Below are positions 1 through 23,894 of a DNA stretch of 64,000 bases, piece by piece (the first letter of the stretch is position 1; each line of letters begins with the position of its first letter). The stretch lies in contig CM074814.1 in the NCBI GenBank assembly GCA_037447605.1, positions 310,001-374,000 on the forward strand, read 5' to 3'. The notes below the pieces were generated by a model. That model was given only the letters and a program-made list of their open reading frames with translations. It ran no database searches and had not been told where the DNA came from. The DNA comes from Zygnema circumcarinatum SAG 698-1b (lineage: Eukaryota > Plantae > Zygnematophyceae). Position numbers and translations under genes: made by a program.

Positions 1-49
1 GGTCAGAACACCTAGTGACTCAGCTGACTTTGCTGGCATTGCTGCGTGC

Positions 50-1630
50 ATGATGGCTCATATTTCAGAACCTCAGAGTTATGCGGAAGCTTTGCAGGGT
101 GAGGATGCTGAAAAGTGGAGGGCAGCAATAGATAGTGAGCTGAATAGTTTGAAAGTAAATGGAACCTGGAGATTGGAGGAGCTTCCTAAGGGTAGGAAGG
201 CTATAGGCTGCAAATGGGTGTTTAAGGTGAAGCGGAAGGCAGATGGGAGCGTAGATCGCTACAAGGCCAGGCTGGTTGCAAAGGGGTATAGCCAGAAAGA
301 GGGCATTGATTATTCGGAGACTTTTGCACCAGTGGTTAAGTTCAATTCCCTTAGATCACTCATTTCGATTGCAGCAGCGGAGAGAATGCATGTCCATCAA
401 CTTGATATAAAGACTGCATTTCTCTATGGAGATCTAAGTGAGGAAATTTATATGGAGCAGCCGGAAGGTACAGTGGTGGAAGGACAAGAACATCTCGTAT
501 GCAGGCTGGTAAAGAGTCTTTACGGCCTCAAGCAAGCACCCCGGATTTGGTACCAGAAGATAGACGATCTTTTACGGAGGAATGGGTACAAGCGTTTTGA
601 GTCAGACCACTCTGTCTACAGCAAAGGTATCGGGAAGGAGCTGCTATACGTGGGCATTTACGTGGACGATCTGATCATTGTAAGTTCCTCCATGCAAAGC
701 ATTCAGAGTCTGAAAGATTTGATGAAGGAGAACTTCCAGATGACAGATTTAGGAGAGGCCCAGTATCTGTTGGGAATTCAGCTCAAGAGGGGGCGTGATG
801 GTAGCTTGTTCCTTTCCCAGGAGAAGTACGCTAAGGATGTCTTAGCAAAGTTTAGAATGGACAAGTGCACTCCATGCACAAGTCCCATGGATATGTCACA
901 GAGGCTTTCAGAATCCATGTCACCCCAGTCTCAAGAGGAGGCGAAGAAGATGGAGAATGTACCATACAGGTCTGCCATTGGAAGCCTGATGTACCTGATG
1001 ATTGGCACGAGGCCAGATCTTGCTAAGGTGGTCAGCGCAGCCAGCAGGTACATGCAGTTCCCTGGGGAGCGGCATTGGGAGGCGGTGAAGAGAATATTCA
1101 GGTTTCTGAAGGGGACTGTGGACTATGGGATTAAGTTTGAGGCAGGGAGTGGAAGTCAAGTGTATGGTTATACGGATGCAGATTGGGGAGGGGATGTAGA
1201 CACTGCTAGATCCACCTCAGGATACGCATTTGTGAACAGCGGAGGAGTTGTGACTTGGAGCTCGAAGCTTCAAGATTCTGTGGCGCTTTCAAGCACTGAG
1301 GCGGAGTATATGGCAGCCTGCCATGCAGCCAAGGAGGCCGTCTGGCTGCAGCAATTCTTCGAAGAGTGTGAGCGGCCCCAACTCCCTTTGAGGCTGTTAA
1401 CTGATAACCAGTCTTCTATGACTCTAATGCAGAATCCTGTTTTTCATAAGAGGTCAAAGCATATCAGGATTCAATATCACTTTGTCCGTGAACTTGTTGT
1501 TGAAGGAAGGATAGCTGTGGATTTTGTGCCTACAAAGGATCAAGCAGCTGACATGCTCACTAAGGGGGTCAATGGGGAGGCGCTGTGGAAGAACAGCATG
1601 CTTCTAGGATTGGGGCCTCTTAAGAACTAA
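50..1630 (+). CDS. Copia pol: reverse transcriptase + RNase H, uninterrupted; the reading frame probably begins upstream of the window
   Basis: 526-aa ORF with the motifs above and no stops or frameshifts. Confidence 0.95.
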   Translation: MMAHISEPQSYAEALQGEDAEKWRAAIDSELNSLKVNGTWRLEELPKGRKAIGCKWVFKVKRKADGSVDRYKARLVAKGYSQKEGIDYSETFAPVVKFNSLRSLISIAAAERMHVHQLDIKTAFLYGDLSEEIYMEQPEGTVVEGQEHLVCRLVKSLYGLKQAPRIWYQKIDDLLRRNGYKRFESDHSVYSKGIGKELLYVGIYVDDLIIVSSSMQSIQSLKDLMKENFQMTDLGEAQYLLGIQLKRGRDGSLFLSQEKYAKDVLAKFRMDKCTPCTSPMDMSQRLSESMSPQSQEEAKKMENVPYRSAIGSLMYLMIGTRPDLAKVVSAASRYMQFPGERHWEAVKRIFRFLKGTVDYGIKFEAGSGSQVYGYTDADWGGDVDTARSTSGYAFVNSGGVVTWSSKLQDSVALSSTEAEYMAACHAAKEAVWLQQFFEECERPQLPLRLLTDNQSSMTLMQNPVFHKRSKHIRIQYHFVRELVVEGRIAVDFVPTKDQAADMLTKGVNGEALWKNSMLLGLGPLKN

Positions 1631-1646
1631 GTACCAAGAGGGGGAA

Positions 1647-2381
1647 TGTTAGTGAGTGGTACATAGTTCATGAAGAGCATGTAGTTGTTTCGGAGTCTAG
1701 TTCGCATGCTTGTCTAGGATCTACACATCAGGTGGAGCATGTGGCGCATTCTGATTGGCCGCTGCATAGGCGCGGAGCGCTGTGATTGGTCGTGTTACGT
1801 GGCGCTCGGAGATGTACGTGATTGTACGGACGGGGAGCTCCAGAAAACTCGCGGCGTTCCTTACGCCGGAAAATCATTGGCGTGCAAGGCGCGCAGTGGC
1901 GTGACGTGACGGAGAGTGTTCCGGAAGTCACGTCACACTGTGACTAATAAATTACGATGCAAATGAGCGGGCTGTAACCCTTAGTGCAGGCTGCTAGGTG
2001 CAGAGTAGAGGCTTGCCAGTGTGTGGTGAAGCTTTACAGCATAAGGGGGACACTCTTGTAGTGGAGTAGAGAAGCGCAGGAGGTGCTCTTGTTGTGTTCT
2101 TGTACTCCGTTTTGAAGTTAAGAGTTTTCAGCATTTGTGCATTCTCTTATCTTCTGAATCTTCGATCTGTTCATTCATTCTTTGCTTGGGGCAGTCTTTG
2201 CTTTGTGAGTGTGATTCTGTGTTTCCGCAAGGCTGGCGTCTCCTAGTCCAAGGAGTAGTGGGATGTCATCCTCGGAGGGATCTTCTACTAGGACCGGAGG
2301 CTCCACATCTACACATTCTTGGCAGGTTCTGCAGTTGACCCAGTCCCCTTCTCTGCCCTCTGCTCTCCCTCCCGCGAAACA
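1647..2381 (+). repeat. 3' LTR of the copia element
   Basis: Starts TGTTAG right after the PPT. The end is inferred from a CA terminus and loose similarity (ATGTCATC motif) to the LTR at 57596-58576. Confidence 0.6.
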
Positions 2382-2489
2382 AGGAAGATAGAAAATGACG
2401 AAGACAATTGTTTTTTTCAAATGGGCTTTTTAAACTTACTATTGTTCTATTTTCTTTTCAATGTTTTCTGAATCTCTGCCAGAAAGAAT

Positions 2490-2870
2490 ATCCCTCCCTC
2501 TCCCTGCCCGCTCTCTCACTCCCCGTCTCCCTCCCCGCCTACGTCCTATCCCTCCCACTCTCGCTCCCCCACTCTCCCTCTCCCTTCGCTTCCCCCCTCC
2601 TCCCTCGCCGTCTCCCCCGTCCCCCTCCCGGCCTTTCCCCTTTCCCAACGCCTCTCCCTCCCTGCCTCCTCCCTCTCCCTCCCCCTTGTCCTCCCTCTCT
2701 CCCTCCTCCCCCCCCCCTTCATTCCGTCTTTGTCCTCTCCCTCCCTCCCTCCCCTTCTCCCACACCCTCCCCTCTCTCGCTCCCACTCCCTCCCTATCTC
2801 CCCGCCCCTCACCCCCTCCCACTACCCCTCCTTCCCTCCCTCCTCTCCCTCACTCTGTCTCCTCTCTCTC
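2490..2870. repeat. CT-rich low-complexity tract
   Basis: Almost pure C/T; produces spurious Pro/Ser/Leu and Gly/Glu/Arg ORFs. Confidence 0.9.
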
Positions 2871-4243
2871 GACCGAGCTGCCTCCGACCCGGCGCTCACC
2901 TATGACGCAGTACTCGGAGGTCACGTCGTTGTGCGCACGCTCGTACCCGAGCAGGTACACTTCGTAATGCGTTTTCAGCACCACGCTCACCGCCTGCCCA
3001 CAGCGTATGCTCCTTTCGAACTATATTAGTTCAATTCAGCTCAGTTCAGTCCAGATCACTAAAGTTGAGTTACGAATATAGATACGAAGGAGATTGTAGA
3101 ATCAGTTCCTCAATATTAATGGATGCGATCTCTAATTCTCTAACCTCTCACAACAGCTTTCCACTTCCAACAATCACAAGTCTCCCCCTCTCCCTCTTTC
3201 GCCCTCTTCCTCTCTCCCACCCCGGCATCTCTTACCGTAGCTTTGTTGGAGCTTGCGTGGTTTCTCATTCTCGGAAAGATCTGGCCCTTACAATTGATTC
3301 CGTTCCGAACCAAAAAGTCCCCTCGTGACACGACCTCACCTGACCTCACTCTCTAGAGCTTCGACCTTTTTTTTGTAAAAAAAAATCTGCCCGAGAAAAA
3401 GGTGTGTATCGATTCCAAAAGGTGTGAAAAAGCATTTTCCGTTTTTCAACCATATTTGTCGATTTTAAATCTGCCAGGCGAAAAATGGTGTGTGTTGATC
3501 CAAAAAAGGGGTGGATTTATCAGTTCCCTTGAGCTTTGGGATTTTGTCCCTCGGAAATTTCGATACCGTATCGAACGGTATTACCATACACAAAATCGAG
3601 TCGTATCGTTTGGTTCGTATAATGTATCGTATAACACTACAATATCGTATCGTATCGTAAATATTTGAAAAATATATCATATCGTCTCGCATCTTTTAGT
3701 ACCGTTAGCATCGTAGCATCATATATCGTTGCGCACTACATAGAACTTGCCAGAGCTGTTGGCTCAAAATATTTCCTCCCCGTTCAACTACATCCTCAAT
3801 TTCTCACATGTGTCCAACTACGCTTTTTTTGAATGCGAGGGTAAAACCAATCAGCAAACATCTTTACAAGTGTGACGTCCGTGAGCCGTTCGATTGAGAT
3901 TTCTTCTCCTTTGGCCGTTCGATTACACACGTCAGCATTGCTCGCACGTGTTTTGAGATTCAGGAGGACGAATCGCGGCTTGTGCATGTGCATGGCGCGC
4001 TTTATCGGCGGAATTCGAAAGAAGAGGCGCTCCGACGATGGGCTCCATAGACTCGAGGACAAGCTCGAGGGGAGGAAGAGGGAGCGGGGCGAGAGACGGA
4101 GGAGAGAGAGAGGGAGAGGGAGAGGCAGTGGGAGGGAGAGCGGAAAAAGTGAGCAGGAAGGGGCTTGAGAGCGCGTGTGTGTGTGTGAGGCAGAGGAGAG
4201 CAATTGAGAGAGCGAGAGGCATATAATTAGCAATTATTCATCG

Positions 4244-6184
4244 ATGGGCGAACCACGAGTTAGCGTAGGCCTCGACTTCGGAACGACGTTTTCAGGATTT
4301 GCATTTGCAATCAAGAAAAACCCTCATAAAGTGTGGGTTTTTGAGGAATGGCCGGGGCAGAACGAAGCTACAGGGGAGCCCTACTGCAAGACAACCACCA
4401 CCCTGTGGTACAATACCGATGGAAGCGGCAGACCCGAATTGAAGGAGTGGGGATGGCCGGCCATTCTCGGCTATTCGAAGGCAGCCGACAGCCTTGAAGA
4501 TGGGAAGAATGTCACCGGAAATGCGAGGGTGGGTCAGACAGGTCGCCTCTTCATGTCTCTTTCTTTGGGGAGTGACGAGAGCCATGGAACCATCAGATGT
4601 GCAGCTGCCGGACACATCGTGCGGCTCTTCAAGCTCCACTTGGCACCGCCAGGGGGCGACACGTGGCAGCCTCCGGCACTTCCACCTGGACTGTCGGCAA
4701 ACCATGTCATAGCTGACTATCTGTCCAAATTGAGTGAGGTTATATTGGATGAAGTGAGATGTAAAGTTGGGAGCCATATCACAATGTCTGATATTGAGTG
4801 GGCGATCACTGTTCCGGCGATGTGGGATGATCAGGCCAAGCAGAGAATGAAGACCATTGCGAGAGATGCGGGATTGATTCAAGGAGCTAATGGCAGTCCC
4901 CATCCCCCCCATATTGTGCTTGAACCCGAGGCTGCTTCTATATACTGTCAAAGTCAAAGTGATTTCGACATCTTGGAAGGTGGTCAGTTTGTGGTGGTCG
5001 ATGCTGGGGGGGGTACAGTCGATCTTGTCGTGCAAGAGCTGCAGGAGGGAGGGAGGACAAAGGAGGTGAGTAAGAGCATTGGGGGAGTGTGGGGGGGAGT
5101 GAAAGTTGACGAGAACTTTCTGAAGCATTTGGAGAAGAAGATTGGCTGCTATCGTGACTTCATCAAGAGTCATCCATGGACGAAGGTTAACCTTCTGAAG
5201 CAGTGGGAGGGCTATAAGCGGCAGTTCGGGTAAGCACCATAGCGCTGCTTTCTTCATTCAGCGAGGACTTTAAAGGTTGGAAAATTGCTGATGTGATTCT
5301 TAAGAGAATTTCCTTTTGTCTAGAAGTCTTCATCTTATTCTGATGGGACTAAGAGTAAAGCTTGGACACTTGACAGGCCAAACTATAACAATGAATGCCG
5401 TATTGAAATTCCGAGCACACTGGCGAAAGCATGGGAGGACCACAACCGAAAATCTGCACTCCCGCAATGTGACACCGATGAGCTCACAATTTCTTCCGAT
5501 GAAGTGAGGTCGTTTTTTGATCCGGTTGTTGAGAATATCCTTGAACTCATTCAACTGCAACTCAATGCGGCTCCGCGATGTCGACACATTCTTGCAGTCG
5601 GGGGGTTTTCAACATCGCCTTATCTTTTGGATAAAATTCGAAAGAGATTCGCTCGTTTCAAGGTCATTTCCCCACCAAATCCCGGCTCTGCAATCTGCAT
5701 CGGAGCAGCCATGTATGCTGCTCGGCCGGAATTAGGAGTCACTTCACGAATTTCAAGGAAGACATATGGAACGCGCGTTTGTCGACTGTTTGAAGATTCT
5801 GATCCTCTGGAGAAAATGGCCTTTTTCGGTTCGATCTTCCCACACTGTATTGATGTTTTTGACACTTTTGTTCAAGTGGGAAAGGAAGTGGCAGTGAATG
5901 AGTCTGTTACCCGCACATTCTATCCAAGCCGTTCCAGCCAAACTCGAGCAGCCATACAGTTGCATAGCACAGTGAGTGAGTCACCGAAGTACACTACAGA
6001 GTACGGAGTGCAGAAGGAGGGTGAATTCATGCTGCAGATAGCGGACACATCCTTGGGCACAGCAAGAGAAATAAAAACGACGATGTTTTTTGGGCGGTCT
6101 TCGGTGGAAGTGAGCGCTCGAGTGAAGAATTTTGGACGCTGGGAAGAAGGCAAAATGGCGCCGGTGGAGTTCGACTGCGCTTGA
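4244..6184 (+). CDS. Atypical Hsp70 (HSPA12-type), 2 exons: 4244-5229 and 5377-6184, about 597 aa
   Basis: Actin/Hsp70 ATPase motifs GLDFGTTFSGF, AITVPAMW, LEPEAAS, VVDAGGGTVD and VGGFS. Intron GTAAGC (5230) to TGACAG (5376) restores the frame, and the paralogue at 47352-49486 has a phase-2 intron at the same site. No C-terminal EEVD. Confidence 0.88.
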
Positions 6185-7642
6185 CGGGGGAAAGCGAGCG
6201 AGGAGTGGTCCCCTCTCGTTTGCAGATGCTTCGTACATAGGATACGATGTGTTTTTTAGACATTGTCTGGCTTGCTTGCTGTAGACGACAAGTGTAGTTT
6301 TTGAGGGCATGAGGGTGACGACATGAGATTGAGATTGAGAGAGAGAAGGGGGAGGGGGGGAGAGAAAGAGTGATCACTGAGAGTGTGTGTGTGTGGGGGG
6401 GGGGGGGGGGGNNNNNNNNNNGGGGGGGGGGGGGGGGGTGCTCCTCGCAACTGCACACGAATTTCAGGAATGGAATATACATCGCGTGTTCAGAAATCAG
6501 AGTGGATTTTCTTGAATTTTGAGTGAAGTGCTGCATCTTGAATTGGATGTGGATTTAGGAAGATGGTTTCAAGACTTGGCTTGGCACGCTTGCTATTGAA
6601 CACAAGTGTAATTTTGGAGAAAGAGAGAGAGAGAGAAAGCAAATCCGAGGAAAGGATTTTACGCAGGTCACATCATACATGTACCTTCACCAATGCCATA
6701 ATTTCATTCAATGTTGGTACAAAAAATAACAAATCAGCAATGCCCAATTGTCCCCCATTCAGCTTCTCTCCATACTCTTTAACTCTCCTCTGATAGACCA
6801 CTTTAGCGCATCCTCGATGACAAATTATACACTGCGCACCTTCCTGCCATTCTTCGGTGACTTTGTTGCTGAGACTCTCTCCCCAGCAAGAATCAACTCC
6901 TCAAATTTCACCCCTCTCTCAATAATAGCTTCCATTTTTTTTTTCCTCTCTTTTCCAGCCGCTCGATTTTTTCCTCTCTGTTTACCATATGATCAGACTT
7001 TGCCTTACAGCAAAGCCCTAAAGTCCTAACACTCAAAACCCACACACAACTATTTGACTCCTTTTAGTCGATCCTGAACGAGATCAGAGTCGTCGAACAC
7101 CACGCAATGGCACACTGCACACCGCCACCGACCACGTTCCATGTGTTAGACCATACAGTTCCATGCATGCATTACATTGATCCACAACGGGCCCCCATTC
7201 ACGTAGAATTCACGCTTGTTTGTGGAGCTGTTAAGCACATGAAACCACATATCTCTTATGCTTATGTTTATGTTTATGTTTAAGACAAGAGTAGCCATGA
7301 AGCAGCTGCTAATTGGGCCGGTAAATCGAACTGGAGAAATAAAGGAGAGGGATGGCTTCAAACGTACCACATGATGCAAAACCGGGTCGAATATACGGAA
7401 CGCGTCTCCTCTATGCATTACAATATGGCGAAACACAAAGACAAGGAACCCTCTCCCTCTCTCTCCCCCTCTTCCTCTCTCTCTGCCTCTCCTGTGAATG
7501 TACCTCTCCTCCTCTCCTACCCACGTGAAGGAAGCAACACTGTTCTTGACTCCGCAGCTATCGGGAAACTCTCATTTTGGTACACAACACTCCTTTCTAT
7601 TCGCTATTCGCGAAATCTCGGAATTCCCTTTGTTTTCAGCTC

Positions 7643-15792
<8,150 letters not shown>

Positions 15793-16960
15793 TCGGCCAG
15801 GCTCATTCGCGCTATCGACCCCCCTCTACCTCTGCGCGCTCTCTCTCCCTCTCCGTCTTCCCTCTCTGTCCCTCTCCTTCTCTTCCAATACGCCTTCCCT
15901 CGACTCTCCCCGCTATCTGCTCTCTACCGCTCAGGACCTTTGCCTCCCTCACTGCCTTCCTCCCTCTTGCTCCCTCTCCCTCTCTCCTTATTCCACTAAT
16001 GCCCTCCCTTTGCACTACCACTCTCAATCGACCCCACAAGCCCACCTCCTCCTTGCCCTCTCTCACACTCTCTCCCCTCTCTCGTTTTCCCTTCCTCCCG
16101 AAAATCCTCTCTCCCTCTCTTTCCCTACCTCCCTCCGTTCCTCCCTTCCCTCTCTCTTTCTTTCCCTCTCCCTCCCCTCTCTTCCTCTCCCTCCCCCTCT
16201 CTCCCTCTTCCTCTCCCTCTCCCTTTCCTTGTCCCTCTCCTTCTCCCTCTTCCTCTCCCTCGCCCTCTTTCCCTCTCTCCCTCTCTCCCTCGCTCCCTCT
16301 TTCCCTCTCTCCCTCTCTCCCTCTCTCCCCCTCTCCCTCTCCCTCTCTCCTTCTCTCCCCCTCTCCCCCTCTCCCCCTCTCCCTCTCTCCCTCTCTCCCT
16401 CTCTCTCCCTCTCTCACTCTGCCTCGTACCGCCGCCGGGTGGCAGTACACCTCCCGCCGCCTGGGCGGGGCGCGGGCGTTAAATGCGGCCGGGCGGCACC
16501 GACACGCCGCGGGGACCGCTTCGGGACCCCCTTTGTACCCGCTGCCGACTTTAAGCCCATTTTTAACTTTCCAATAAACAAAGAGTCCCCGTTTTCGGGT
16601 GCAAACGGGGTGTATGGCGAGGCAGAGTTGATTTACGGGATAATGATTCAGATCCACCAGTGGATCGTAGAGCTATTTGTAGTGGATCTTCCAGATAGAG
16701 TGGATCGGGCTGTTCAAACGTGTACGGACGGACAGGCGGCGGCCTCTCTGGCGGGGGCTGGCTTTGGCGCGACTCGAATCTGTTGATTCAGCTGCCATAT
16801 ACCCCATTTGTACCCCATTCGAAAGCTTAAATTTTTTTGTTACAGAAGAAAGTACTAGAAATACCGTTCCCTGCGGATTTTTTCCACCACAGCGAGACTG
16901 GAACTGCACCTGCAACTGCGACTGTTGGACGGGCTAGAGATCGGATTACAGGGACATGGC

Positions 16961-17244
16961 CACGTGGGGCCCCGTCCGTACGAGACTAAATCGACACAGA
17001 TTCGAATCTTTTGATATTCTCCACGATCCTCATAAAGAATCTGTGATATTTGACGAATCTAAAAGATCACAAATCAAATCTGTAGATTCCTTGGAAAATA
17101 TCTCCAAATCTGACCGTCAAGGGGCAATCTCAGGATTTCAAAACGGCCCACTGCCAGTTTGCCACGTTTACGCATTCTTATGACACCACGTGTCAATTTC
17201 ACCTCCAGGCAGGCAGACGTGGCCATTTCGTTTCCCGCCACGTG
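16961..17244. promoter_or_regulatory. G-box/ABRE cluster in the divergent promoter between the kinase and the methyltransferase
   Basis: CACGTG at 16961, 17187 and 17239; ACGTGGC at about 17217; CCACGT at 17162. Confidence 0.5.
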
Positions 17245-17474
17245 TTCCTCATTTTTGGTACTGTCCGACCGTATATTGTTTTGTCCTATCAGCAGACGTT
17301 CCCTTCCGCGCTCCCACCTGGAACCTTCCAACGCAGTTCCAAGCCCAAAAGCTTAGTTTTCTGAAATCTTTTCCCTATTCTCTCCCTCCTCCCTCCCTCC
17401 CGTCCTCTCCCCTTCCCTCCCTGCCTCTCTCCCTCCCTCCCTCTCTCCCTAGGATTAGGTTGCGGCTGCGCGCC

Positions 17475-21177
<3,703 letters not shown>

Positions 21178-21996
21178 GATCAACTTCTTTACTTTATTTG
21201 ACCTTCTTTTTTTAAAGGCTGTTGATCCGTTTTTGTCATAGTCGTGTTCACATTTGTGGCCTCGCCGATGTCATCCAATCACTTTTTTGTAGTTCCATTT
21301 TTGTACAATGGGAAAGCAGGCTTCATCCAAAGCATGTTGCACAGTACTCGTTCTAGAAAACCCTAAAAAAATTCTAGCAATCGGTGGGTACTCGGTCATG
21401 CTGTAAGACAAGTTTTTTTTTTTTTTTTTTGTTTTTTATTATTTCGATCATCTTGACAGTTTTCAAACGAGCCAATTCAAAAGCGCATTTGCCAGGACAG
21501 TGCCAACAGGCAGACATGTCTTTATTTGACCTAAATTCTACGTTGTGGAACACAAGCTAGTTAGGACTATTGGCCCTCACAGAGATGAGGTGAGGCAAAA
21601 AGCAAGATTCTCACTTCACTTTCTATATACAAAGACGCCTGCCTTTTTTGAAAGACCTTTCAAGAGCCCATTTTGGTGAACCCTCAAGTAAACTCTGAAT
21701 TAGTAACAGCCACACTTCACACCTTTCTACAACTTGACTAGAGAATCGAACTGACACAAGGGACGATGTATTTCGAGCAACTACAGGTGCACCTCGTTCC
21801 ATGTACTAACTGAGTAAAAGAAGAAGAAGTAGAAGACGAAGCTGAAGAAGCTGATTCCGAAAGAGTTTCGGTTATTTCATTTTTGTGAAGTCTAGCTAAA
21901 AATCTGATTGCTTCCTCACCAGATTCAAGGAAATCAGCGCGTTCCAAAAGGACTCCTCAAAAAGGCATGAAGGGATGTCCGTGAAAAGGTGTTCCG

Positions 21997-23894
21997 CTAA
22001 CGCTGCGGCAAAACCGACCTTGGCGTCCCTTCCTCTCCTGACACGCTGAGCTTCACCCTCTTAGAATGTTTTTCCACCTCCGCCATTAGACAGTTGGTAG
22101 TATTCTTCTCCATCTGTAACGAAGCCCGAGTGATCTCCAATTCCTCATGCATCCTCTTCACTGAGCCATGCAGGGATTCGATCGTCTTGGCCTGATCCTC
22201 TACCTTCTTCTTCTCCGCCATGAGAGCCTTTTCATGGAAGGCCAACATGGCTGAGATAAAACGCGGTTTTGCAGGAAGCCTCCCTCCCAGCAGAGCATGC
22301 TTCACCATCTCCTGCGAGAGCTTAAGACTCTCAAGATTCTCTCCTGCGAGGTGATCGCAGAGCTTCACACGATCATCTTCACTCACATCAGTGTTGTTCA
22401 CCAAAAACATGTCGATCGCTATGTACAAAATGTCGCAATTTTTTCGGGCATTCTTCGGCAGCACTTCACATAATGCATGAAGATTGGCAAGAGTCAACTT
22501 CTTGTCCTCCGCAGCTTTAAGAATGTAAGCATCCGCGAGCTTTCCAGCAGCTATTAAGTTTCCAGAAGCAGCAGTTCCATCGATTGGAAGTTCCTTTGCA
22601 TAGAGAGCGAAAATAGTGCATACGCTTTCTGGATGAAGCGATTTCACTTCCTCAAATCCGACTTGAGGAAGAACCTTTCCAATGCGGCGCTGAATATCAG
22701 AGGCCAATTTTGAGCCCAAGGCTTCGCTGTGCCTCATCAATGTGACGAGATATGAAGGGCTGGGAGGAATGGTAAGTTTCATCTGCTCCGATCTTCCATG
22801 CGCTGACTCACAAGGTTCACATTTAATGTTAGTTAGAGGCCAATCAAGCATTTTCACAAGGTATGTGAGAATTACTTGAAGTTTCATTGCTCCTTCGGTC
22901 GGCGACAACCCTGTGTCGGAAACCATTGTGGAACCATCCTCCTGTATCAAAGGTTCAAACATCCATTTCTTTCCTGCAGAAGCGAGAGAATTCCCTGTTC
23001 TGATAAATGTGACATTGTGTTCCTCAAAAACGGTCAAAAGAGCCTTCAATTGTTCCAATGGCAATGCCGCGACATGTCTGAAGAAGTTCCATGTCTCCGA
23101 AACTCGTTCTAAAGGATCAGGAAGGTGGTCAATGGATTCTGCATAGACTGCAAGTCCCTCACCAACTGTTCCAGTCAAGAAGTCAAGCAGTTAACCAGTC
23201 AGGCTAATCAGTCTAGTTATTTCGTCATGCAGTAAAAAGTAGTTTATTAGAATGTACCGTTCTATCAGTGAGCAGGTCTATATTGCCTGCTCTACTTTCA
23301 GTATAAGGAATCGGTTAACGTTAACAATATCCATAATTCGTACATTGTCACTTAACAATAACAATATAATATGACCTGCTTTTGGAGTTTCATAAAAAAG
23401 TCACCTGAGATGGTCGTTTGGCAGGCGGAGACGATGTCGCTCCCAAGAGTGTGCGCATATTTCCTCACAACCGCATCATTAAGAATCTCCAAGCAGGCTT
23501 TCCAATTCGTATAAACCTCCGCTTTCAAATACCCAACACAAGCGTTGATCAAATTATCCGGAGAAAAATCGTCGGTCATCTCTAAATGCAATGCACCCAA
23601 AAGAGTGTGAGTCACGGAGGTCTTCGGAATGGCTGACGAGACTCCGTAACAGTAGTCTGCAATGGCATGGAACGCCTGCAGCCCCCCGGGAAGCTCGTCG
23701 AGCTCGAGCACTGCCTCATCCTTAAGATGATGAAGCTTCTCCTTCAATTTGGGGCTCCGCGTGAAGAAGGGGAAGCGGTGCAAGCGCAGCTCTTTGCCGC
23801 CGATGCGAACGATTAAGTCGCTGAGTTCTCCGGATAGGCGGAAGGGTGCCCATGGTGACATGGGAAGGGTTAGCTTTGGGGCTATGGCCACCAT
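21997..23894 (-). CDS. Divergent BTB-NPH3 (NRL-like) protein, type A; exons 23894-23405 and 23147-21997; about 546 aa
   Basis: BTB start (SDLIVRIGGKELRLHRFPFFTRS...LPGGLQAFHAIADYCYG). NPH3-type C-terminal block (KLADAYI...LPKNAR..CDILY.AID.FL...DDRVKLC...KLSQE...HA...RLP), then a coiled coil. One phase-1 GT-AG intron. Confidence 0.85.

Larger units (their letters stand above)
1..2381 (+). mobile_element. Ty1/copia LTR retrotransposon, 3' half (RT-RNaseH, PPT, 3' LTR)
   Basis: ORF 50-1630 has copia RT motifs (KARLVAKGY, QLDIKTAFL, YGLKQAPR, YVDD) and RNaseH motifs (YTDADW, STEAEY, DNQS, RSKHI). Polypurine tract AAGAGGGGGAA at 1636-1646, then TG at 1647. The right end of the LTR (...GAAACA, about 2381) is tentative. 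Confidence 0.93.

Noticed and set aside
2408-3029. Long Pro/Ser/Leu-rich and Gly/Glu/Arg-rich ORFs here and at 8256-8737, 12523-13209, 14615-16786, 19436-20147, 24067-24420, 35413-35935 and 39005-39440
   Set aside because: They are translations of CT/GA microsatellites or antisense frames of real genes, with no domain signal.
3540-3730. ATCGT-rich short repeats as a CRISPR-like array or MITE
   Set aside because: Irregular 5-mers with no repeat-spacer period, terminal inverted repeats or TSD, in a eukaryotic context.
4292-5257. 321-aa antisense ORF over the Hsp70 gene
   Set aside because: It is the shadow frame of a real CDS and has no motifs of its own.
5316-5507. Acceptor TCTAG at about 5323 as the start of Hsp70 exon 2
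   Set aside because: It does not restore the frame. The acceptor at 5376 does, and it aligns with the paralogue's splice site.
21355-21370. AAACCCTA/TTAGGGTTT telomere-like motifs (also near 12234, 25900, 33498, 38440 and 39007)
   Set aside because: Isolated single units, common as telo-boxes; not an interstitial telomeric array.
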